A DNA stretch of 64,000 nt from Calditrichia bacterium (GTDB lineage Bacteria > Calditrichota > Calditrichia > RBG-13-44-9 > J075), in assembly GCA_050633245.1 (NCBI GenBank), contig JBOEGD010000022.1:42076-106075 (forward strand), written 5' to 3'. The notes under the pieces were generated by a model. The model did no database searches and had not been told where the DNA came from. It worked only from the letters and a program-made list of their open reading frames with translations. Both the position numbers and the translations under genes were made by a program. Below are positions 57,075 through 64,000 of this stretch, one piece after another (the stretch's first letter is position 1; each line of letters opens with the position of its first letter).

Positions 57075-59096
57075 ATGAAAAGTTTTTCTAAATTAATATT
57101 CTCTATGTTGCCTTTTTTACTGAGTGCTATCTGCTTTGGCGCATCGGTAACACTAAAAGTTTGTGATAGCGTAACCGGGCAGGCACTTGATGCAGAAGTG
57201 CTGATTTCATATGAAGAAGGTGAGTTGGTAGCCATTGAAAAAGGTGTTGATATAACGTCCGAACTATCTTCCGGTGTATATGTGGTAACTGTTCAGGCAA
57301 ATGGCTATAAACCGATGACCACCTGGTTTGGGCTAACAGAGAATCAGAAGCACCGTGTTCGCATCTTCATGGATCGCATAGAGCCACTTGAGGAGGAAAC
57401 GAGTAGCTATATTGCAGAACGAAAAAATGAAGAGCAAATGATCTTACACGGTTTTGTGACGGCCGATGAGAGTGGAGACATTCTTTCCGGCGTTCGTGTG
57501 AGTACCAATAACGGTGAGCAGACAATTACTGACTCACGTGGCTATTTTTATGTGACGATTCCAACGTCTTCTTATGCTGCAGGGAGCTTACAGTTCGAAA
57601 AAAATGGTTTTGTTATCCAGAAGCGCGAATTTATTGAGCTCTGGCAGGGTGGAGATTGGATGTATCGCATTGCACTGCAAGAGGGCGAGGGGATAGAGCG
57701 CATAGATGATAGCCGTGAGGCTAAAAAAGGAGAAGAGCAGGAAGAATGTTCTGATTGTGGACATGATGAAGAGAATGTTACAGCAAGCAATTCTTTATTG
57801 CAAAATAATCCGCCCTTGCGACACACAATTCGCGTAGGTAGAAATTGTACCGGAACGCTCTGTTTTGATGCCGAGGTATATACGCTGGATAATTACTGTG
57901 AGTTGGTTCTTCCGCATGAGTGGTTTAGTTGCTGGGGATCGCTGTCAGGTGGTATGAATTCTCTGAGTGCCGGAGCTGTCGCAATTCGCACCTATGCTTC
58001 TTGGCATGTAAATAATCCACTAAACACAACCTACGATATTTGTGACAATACATCCTGTCAGTTTCTGGGAAGTACCACCACAACAAATGGCAACAATGCT
58101 GTTGCGATTACAAGTGGATATGTATTGCTGAACGGCAGCACAATTGCCCGCTCCGAATATTCTGCTGAGAACAATAACAGCGGCTGTGGAAATGGCTTTA
58201 CCGGAACCGGCAGCTCATGGCCTTGCATTGAAGATGCCCTCTGTGTTAATCAAACTAAAAACGGGCATGGGCGCGGAATGTGCCAGTGGGGGTCGGCGCG
58301 TTGGGCTAATGGAACCCGATTATCGACATCCAGTCCGTGCTCTCCGGGACCGTCTGGTGGATTGGGAACCAAAACCTGGCAGGAAATTTTGGATCATTAT
58401 TATCCGCCTTATACTCTCGTGCAAGGATTACAGTCCTCTATTCAAAATGTGACTGCCACGCCAAATGCGGTTAATGCCGGAGGGACATTCACGCTTAATT
58501 ATTCTGTAAATGCGTCGCCCTCGTTTCAATTAATGCTTGGGGCTTCAATCGCGCCAACAGGCACTACAAATTACACCAGCGATCCGGCAAATGATAACAA
58601 GGTAACAGTCAACGATGGTGGAAATCAGGTTTCCCGTTCTTTCACCGTGCCAGCTGGAACGGCACCAGGATTTTATGATATCCTAACTACGGTTTATTAC
58701 GACACGGATAATAACAATCAAATCAATAACGGAGATTTCCGTTTAGATCGTGTCCGGTATACTTTAGCGCTTACGGTTGGGGTAACGGGTATTGAGCAAA
58801 TTGATGATATTGTTCCTGTCGCGTTTAGTCTTGAGCAAAACTACCCGAACCCATTTAATCCCGCTACGACATTTGCATTTGAAGTCGCAAGCCGCAGTCA
58901 GGTTCGCCTGCGTATTTTCGATTCTCTTGGTAAAGAAATTGCCCGCGTCGTCGATCAAGAATTAGCAGCCGGGCGCTATGAAGCGAATTGGAATGCCGGT
59001 TCCATTGCTAGCGGGATCTATTTTTACAGGCTTGAAGCAACCAGCGAATCCGGCGCAGACTTTGTCGAAAGCCGCAAGCTCATATTATCTCGCTAA
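57075..59096 (+). CDS. SpoIID/LytB-domain peptidoglycan hydrolase with carboxypeptidase-regulatory-like domains and T9SS type A CTD
   Basis: Y...VLPHEW...AGAVAIRTYA, YDICDNTSCQ, GHGRGMCQWGS, WQEILDHYYP; LEQNYPNPFNP CTD. Confidence 0.88.
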   Translation: MKSFSKLIFSMLPFLLSAICFGASVTLKVCDSVTGQALDAEVLISYEEGELVAIEKGVDITSELSSGVYVVTVQANGYKPMTTWFGLTENQKHRVRIFMDRIEPLEEETSSYIAERKNEEQMILHGFVTADESGDILSGVRVSTNNGEQTITDSRGYFYVTIPTSSYAAGSLQFEKNGFVIQKREFIELWQGGDWMYRIALQEGEGIERIDDSREAKKGEEQEECSDCGHDEENVTASNSLLQNNPPLRHTIRVGRNCTGTLCFDAEVYTLDNYCELVLPHEWFSCWGSLSGGMNSLSAGAVAIRTYASWHVNNPLNTTYDICDNTSCQFLGSTTTTNGNNAVAITSGYVLLNGSTIARSEYSAENNNSGCGNGFTGTGSSWPCIEDALCVNQTKNGHGRGMCQWGSARWANGTRLSTSSPCSPGPSGGLGTKTWQEILDHYYPPYTLVQGLQSSIQNVTATPNAVNAGGTFTLNYSVNASPSFQLMLGASIAPTGTTNYTSDPANDNKVTVNDGGNQVSRSFTVPAGTAPGFYDILTTVYYDTDNNNQINNGDFRLDRVRYTLALTVGVTGIEQIDDIVPVAFSLEQNYPNPFNPATTFAFEVASRSQVRLRIFDSLGKEIARVVDQELAAGRYEANWNAGSIASGIYFYRLEATSESGADFVESRKLILSR

Positions 59097-59117
59097 TTGA
59101 TACATAACGTACTGATT

Positions 59118-59156
59118 GCATTCCCTGAAGATCTTTGTCATTCGGGGAACGCTTTT
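59118..59156 (+). terminator. Probable rho-independent terminator
   Basis: GCaTTCCCTGAA...TTCGGGGAAcGC followed by TTTT. Confidence 0.55.
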
Positions 59157-59265
59157 GTCTTTGATGATAAATGACTTTGGATGTTAGCCAGTATACAGAA
59201 TCCGCAATCGTTCATCTCTATTTTATCCTTTTGTATTATTCCGTTCACAATTACAGGAGCTATAC

Positions 59266-59835
59266 ATGAATACCTTAATTACAGCAAAGGCAAAGCGGAC
59301 GATTCTCGTCGTGCTGAGCGTTTTTCTGCTATTTGCAGGACAATATTACTTTACTCTTCAGGGTGCCGACGAACAGCCTGAAATTATTGAAGAGCCTTAT
59401 TACCCGAACCTCGATCTGGGTATTGAAATCCCGATTGACGCAAAGTTTACATTGTTAAACAAGCCGGAAAATGCGGGTGATGTTGCTGAGCTCGAGCTGA
59501 TGATAACTTCACGTCTCGATGATGCGGTTGCGAATGTTGCAATCGAATTTCCCGCTGCAATCTCGAAACAAAGTGGTACAGACAGCTGGAGTGGCAAGCT
59601 GAATATTAACGAAACGAAAAGAATGCAGCTTGCAGTTGTTGTGGACAGTGAAGCTCCGCAGTCTGTAAGTGCCAAGGTGACCCTTACCAAAGACGACGTT
59701 AGCGTAACGCGTGGTGCAGCTTATCATTTTGATCTTGGAGAGCCGGATCATGCCTCACAGCAGGAAACAGCCGTAAAGGGTTTCAAAGGCGGCGACAAGT
59801 TGAACATAATTGTACCTCGAAAAAAACAGCAATAA
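59266..59835 (+). CDS. Hypothetical exported protein with Ig-like beta domain
   Basis: AGGAG RBS, N-terminal hydrophobic segment, beta-strand pattern; upstream of the metalloprotease-like gene. Confidence 0.7.
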   Translation: MNTLITAKAKRTILVVLSVFLLFAGQYYFTLQGADEQPEIIEEPYYPNLDLGIEIPIDAKFTLLNKPENAGDVAELELMITSRLDDAVANVAIEFPAAISKQSGTDSWSGKLNINETKRMQLAVVVDSEAPQSVSAKVTLTKDDVSVTRGAAYHFDLGEPDHASQQETAVKGFKGGDKLNIIVPRKKQQ

Positions 59836-59872
59836 TCGCGCTTTTTGCGCTTTAGGATACAGGAGCTTACCT

Positions 59873-62173
59873 ATGAGTTTTTTGAATCGACCTATTGGTC
59901 TTTTGCTTGCATTTTGCCTGTTGTTTTCGCTGACGCAAACTGCAATGGCTGACTACACCATTTCCGGTAATCTAAAATATGAAGATTTGGAAATGGACTT
60001 TAATAGTGGTTTCACCGGAACCAGAAATGATCGACCCGTGCGCTATGCGGATTTGGCGGTTATTGTAAACGGTTTTGTAATCTCGACCGGTTCAACCGAT
60101 GAAAATGGCGATTACTCTTTTCTGGTCTCGTCACTTGGGGTGCAGGATATGCAGCTTGTGGCCATTACCACTGCTACTGAGAACCCTGACTATAATGTGC
60201 AGGTTGTTACCTTTGTAAATGGCGGCGGAATCGGTAGTCCGCACGCTCTGCAAATTTATACTGAAAACGGACACGACCCGAATACCGACATTAATGTCGG
60301 TGAAGTTGTGGCTGAATATCACAACGGTGGTGACGAGTTTAATTTGTTCGATCTTACGATTGATGCTACCGATTATCTTGTGAATGTGTTGGGCGAACCA
60401 AGCCCACCGGGATCACCCAGCTTGTTAACATGTGAGTTTACGTTTAATCCAAACGGAACCGGATTTGCCTTTTTTAATGGCGTATCAGTAAACCTTGATG
60501 GTGCCTATGGCTATGATGATTGTATCATGCTGCACGAGATTGGCCACTGGGTTCAGAACCGTTTTGGAAATTTTAGCGATAACACTGGCGGTCAGCACTT
60601 TATTGGTGATCAGAAACAAGATCCTCGCCTGTCTTTTGGTGAAGGATGGCCGACGTTTTGGGGCTCGCATGTTCGTCTACACAATTTTGAAACGACTGGT
60701 AACACGTCTGCCTATCGTCAACCGTCTATGTATATGAACTCTAACGGAAGCATTAATGGTGGCCAGGGTTTTTCCTATGATCTTGAAGCACAGGCTGGCC
60801 GCGGTGCTGCCAGTGAAAATGTGGTTCAGGCGATGATGTGGGATATGGTTGACAATGAGAATACTCCTGATTTTTCTCCCGGTACGGATGATGAAGATGC
60901 TTCCTATGCCATGGATCGTACGTTTCCGGAAACCTGGGATTTTGTAACGTCTCAACTATCCCAACCGCCATTCTCCGGCGTCTTGACGTATGAAGATTGG
61001 TCTGATCTTTGGATTGCAACTGTACCAAACCCGGAATCCGATCGTCTGCGTGGCCTTGAGCAAAACCTGCATCGTATCGAGTATGTCGAAGACGCATTTG
61101 AGCCAAACGACACGCGCGCGGAAGCAACTCTCATAGGTAACAATGAGTTCAGAGTGCTAACACATCATACAACCTATCCGGAAGGCGACTTGGATATTTT
61201 TCGTATTGATGCAATAGAGGGCGTGGAGTATACCGCAGAGACATCGAATCTGTTTGATGGAGCAGATAACTACATGCGCGTTTACGATGCCGCAGGTACC
61301 GAACTGGCCAGTCATGATAATATTGGAACCGTTGGAGGCCCTCCCAACGCTTTGGAAAACCTGCGCTCGCGTATTGCCTTCACCGCCCCAGACTCCGCTG
61401 ATTACTATTTTGAAATCTCGCGCTCCATCTTCAACAGTAACAATGGTGGCGGCTCGGTATCGAAATATGGCAACTGGGATATTCGTTTTTCGATTTCAGA
61501 TGTTCCTGCTACTTTCCCTATGATTGCAGCATTGCCGGGTAACCTGTCGGTGCTGATTACTGATGGACAGCCATTCGCGCGCACGCTTCAAATTTTTAAT
61601 CAGGGAACACAGTTGCCGCTAGACTATTCAATTGTTGAATATGATCAGGAAAATGACGTGGTAACAGATTTTAGCTGGGTTTCTGCATCGCCGACGACTG
61701 GCTCAGTCGCTGGTGGAGACGTCGATGCAATAACGGTTACCTTCGATCCTGCTGAGTTTGTTGCTGATACGGTGTTAAACAAGCGCCTTCGAATTCAGAG
61801 CAACGACCTGCTACAGCCAAATCGCGATGTCTTGCTTATTGTTCGTATTCAGGTTCCAGTGGGTGTAGAGCCCGAACCGGGTAGTGGCGTGCCTGCCTCA
61901 TTTGCACTCGAGCAAAACTATCCAAACCCGTTTAACCCGGAAACAACAATCCGCTACGCGGTTCCGGAAGCAGGCCGAGTTGTTGTTGCAGTCTACAATA
62001 CGCTTGGACAGCGAGTTCGCACATTGGTTGATGAGCAACATTCCATTGGTAGTTACCGTGCGGTTTGGAATGGCCGTAACGACCAGGGAGCGTCACTTGC
62101 CAGCGGCGTTTATCTTTATAAAATGACAAGTGGTTCGTTTACCGCAACTCGTAAGCTGATGCTTCTGAAGTAA
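59873..62173 (+). CDS. Secreted zinc metallopeptidase-like protein with PPC-like and Ig domains and T9SS type A CTD
   Basis: Signal peptide; HEIGH then FGEGW; DAFEPND...D.D.F PPC-like domain; LEQNYPNPFNPET CTD. Confidence 0.8.
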   Translation: MSFLNRPIGLLLAFCLLFSLTQTAMADYTISGNLKYEDLEMDFNSGFTGTRNDRPVRYADLAVIVNGFVISTGSTDENGDYSFLVSSLGVQDMQLVAITTATENPDYNVQVVTFVNGGGIGSPHALQIYTENGHDPNTDINVGEVVAEYHNGGDEFNLFDLTIDATDYLVNVLGEPSPPGSPSLLTCEFTFNPNGTGFAFFNGVSVNLDGAYGYDDCIMLHEIGHWVQNRFGNFSDNTGGQHFIGDQKQDPRLSFGEGWPTFWGSHVRLHNFETTGNTSAYRQPSMYMNSNGSINGGQGFSYDLEAQAGRGAASENVVQAMMWDMVDNENTPDFSPGTDDEDASYAMDRTFPETWDFVTSQLSQPPFSGVLTYEDWSDLWIATVPNPESDRLRGLEQNLHRIEYVEDAFEPNDTRAEATLIGNNEFRVLTHHTTYPEGDLDIFRIDAIEGVEYTAETSNLFDGADNYMRVYDAAGTELASHDNIGTVGGPPNALENLRSRIAFTAPDSADYYFEISRSIFNSNNGGGSVSKYGNWDIRFSISDVPATFPMIAALPGNLSVLITDGQPFARTLQIFNQGTQLPLDYSIVEYDQENDVVTDFSWVSASPTTGSVAGGDVDAITVTFDPAEFVADTVLNKRLRIQSNDLLQPNRDVLLIVRIQVPVGVEPEPGSGVPASFALEQNYPNPFNPETTIRYAVPEAGRVVVAVYNTLGQRVRTLVDEQHSIGSYRAVWNGRNDQGASLASGVYLYKMTSGSFTATRKLMLLK

Positions 62174-62202
62174 GTTCCTGACATAAATTTTCCTCTTATT
62201 TC

Positions 62203-62247
62203 AAGCTGCAGGGGTTCTTATTCGACAATAAGAATACCTGCAGCTTT
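62203..62247 (+). terminator. Rho-independent terminator
   Basis: AAGCTGCAGG..TTCTTATT-cgac-AATAAGAA..CCTGCAGCTT followed by T-rich sequence. Confidence 0.75.
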
Positions 62248-62361
62248 CTTATATTATCTTGACGAGGCACTCAATTTGAGCTAAGTTATCCACCGCCACA
62301 CAAAAACTTGCAAATCACTATAGTTTGCCTCATTCAACTACAATTATAGCGGAAGACGGAT

Positions 62362-63969
62362 ATGTATCGCATCGAATCAAAAATTGATACAAAGGGCAGT
62401 GACTTTCGGGAAAATCGTCAGCAAATGCAAAACCTTGTTGATGAATTGAATGAAAAGCTCGTAAAAGTAAAAAAAGGTGGACCGGACTATGCACATAAGG
62501 TTCATGAAAAGCGTGGGAAGCTGTTTGTTCGCGAACGCTTGAAACGATTGTTTGATGACGACACACCTTTTTTAGAATTCTCCTCACTGGCAGGGTTGGA
62601 TATGTATGACAACCAGGCACCCGGTGCAGGGATGGTTACCGGCGTTGGAATTGTGCACGGCAAAGAGGTGATGGTTGTTGCACACGATGCTACGGTAAAA
62701 GGTGGCACCTACTTTCCGATGACGATTAAGAAGCACCTGCGTGCTCAAGACATTGCCATGCAGAATAACTTACCCTGTATTTATTTGGTAGACTCTGGTG
62801 GTATTTTCCTGCCATACCAGTCTGAAACCTTTCCCGACAAAGAACACTTCGGCCGCATCTTTTATAATCAGGCCCGAATGTCTGCAGCTAATATTCCGCA
62901 GATTTCGGTTGTGCTTGGTTCGAGCACTGCCGGTGGTGCCTATCAACCTGCAATGAGCGACGAAGTTATTATTGTGCGCAAGCAAGGCTTCATCTATATT
63001 GGCGGCCCACCGCTGGTTAAGGCAGCAACAGGTGAGGAAGTGAGCGACGAAGAACTTGGTGGTGCCGATGTACATTCCCGTATCTCCGGCGTTGCAGACC
63101 ACTATGCTGAAAATGAAGAGCACGCCTTTGCCATTGCGCGCAATCTTGCCGAAAACTTTAATACACCGGCTCGTTTTCCGCTGGAACGTTCAGCTCCGGA
63201 AGATCCGTTTTACGATCCGGCAGAATTAATGGGCGTTGTGCCGCATGATATTCGCAAACCCTATGATATTCGAGAAGTAATCGCCCGGCTTGTTGATGGC
63301 AGTCGTTTCCAGGAGTTTAAGGAGTTCTATGGACCGACGCTGGTTTGTGGATTTGCTCGCATTATGGGTTATCCTGTTGGGATTATTGGGAATAATGGCG
63401 TTTTGTTTAGCGAAAGTTCAGTAAAGGGCGCGCACTTTATAAATCTTTGTACGATGAGAAAAATTCCGCTGCTCTTTCTGCAGAATATAACCGGCTTTAT
63501 GGTTGGTACAGAATATGAACACGGTGGCATCGCACGTAATGGTGCCAAGCTGGTTCATGCGGTAGCCAATGCAGACGTGCCAAAATTCACTGTTGTTGTT
63601 GGTGGTTCTTATGGCGCCGGTAACTACGGGATGTGTGGACGAGGATATGACCCCCGATTGCTCTGGATGTGGCCAAACAGCCGTATCAGTGTAATGGGAG
63701 GTGAGCAGGCCGCCGATGTGCTGGCGACGGTGCGCAAGCGCTCACTCGAGAAAAAGGGCAAAGAAGTTTCCGCAGCCGAGTTTAAAAAGTATCGCGACGA
63801 AATTCTGGCAAAATATGAGGAAGAAGGCAGTCCGTATTATAGCACCGCACGTATTTGGGATGACGGTGTTATTAATCCTGCCGAGACTCGTAATATGTTA
63901 GGATTGGCCATCTCGATGTCTCTTAATGCACCAATACCTGATCAAAAGTTTGGTGTTTTTAGAATGTAA
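62362..63969 (+). CDS. liuB: Acyl-CoA carboxylase carboxyltransferase, 3-methylcrotonyl-CoA carboxylase beta subunit-like
   Basis: [60 protein letters not shown]. Confidence 0.88.
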   Translation: MYRIESKIDTKGSDFRENRQQMQNLVDELNEKLVKVKKGGPDYAHKVHEKRGKLFVRERLKRLFDDDTPFLEFSSLAGLDMYDNQAPGAGMVTGVGIVHGKEVMVVAHDATVKGGTYFPMTIKKHLRAQDIAMQNNLPCIYLVDSGGIFLPYQSETFPDKEHFGRIFYNQARMSAANIPQISVVLGSSTAGGAYQPAMSDEVIIVRKQGFIYIGGPPLVKAATGEEVSDEELGGADVHSRISGVADHYAENEEHAFAIARNLAENFNTPARFPLERSAPEDPFYDPAELMGVVPHDIRKPYDIREVIARLVDGSRFQEFKEFYGPTLVCGFARIMGYPVGIIGNNGVLFSESSVKGAHFINLCTMRKIPLLFLQNITGFMVGTEYEHGGIARNGAKLVHAVANADVPKFTVVVGGSYGAGNYGMCGRGYDPRLLWMWPNSRISVMGGEQAADVLATVRKRSLEKKGKEVSAAEFKKYRDEILAKYEEEGSPYYSTARIWDDGVINPAETRNMLGLAISMSLNAPIPDQKFGVFRM

Positions 63970-63976
63970 GAAACGA

Positions 63977-64000
63977 CAACGGGCAACGGGCAACGGGCAA
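63977..64000. repeat. Heptamer tandem repeat running off the window
   Basis: CAACGGG x3 plus CAA at the window end. Confidence 0.8.

Noticed and set aside
1-64000. Numerous 60-185-aa ORFs nested in or antisense to the called genes; also tRNA, rRNA, transposase and reverse transcriptase genes
   Set aside because: The nested ORFs overlap well-supported genes and lack motifs; no cloverleaf, rRNA-like, transposase or RT signature was seen by eye.

Overview
64-kb bacterial chromosomal window with about 55 protein-coding genes and no recognisable rRNA, tRNA, CRISPR array, transposase or integrase. Several secreted proteins carry 'xNYPNPFNP' T9SS-type C-terminal domains, and many genes have GGAG(G) Shine-Dalgarno sites. 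Together these point to a non-Bacteroidota T9SS-bearing lineage such as Calditrichota/KSB1 (inference). Content: an AT-rich DUF4062 gene at the left edge, two Hsp20 genes, a molybdopterin oxidoreductase, a Crp-LytTR-TonB receptor cluster, DUF1800/DUF1501, pdxH, several signalling proteins and a 3-methylcrotonyl-CoA carboxylase-type beta subunit. Three candidates stand out. (1) A four-gene operon at 40.5-49.5 kb encodes a surface protein with lamin-tail and repeated OB-fold domains, a PorV/PorP-like barrel, a double helix-hairpin-helix (ComEA-like) beta-barrel and a FadL-like barrel. It may be an outer-membrane nucleic-acid capture/uptake system, and a second LTD-OB protein and a second HhH barrel lie nearby. 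(2) An ORF-free sigma54-type transcription unit at 49.75-50.07 kb consists of two homologous long hairpins carrying an identical 24-nt sequence, a candidate novel ncRNA. (3) A five-gene holin/spanin-like membrane/coiled-coil cluster lies divergent from a T9SS-secreted SpoIID peptidoglycan hydrolase. All family assignments come from motif recognition by eye; no database search was run.
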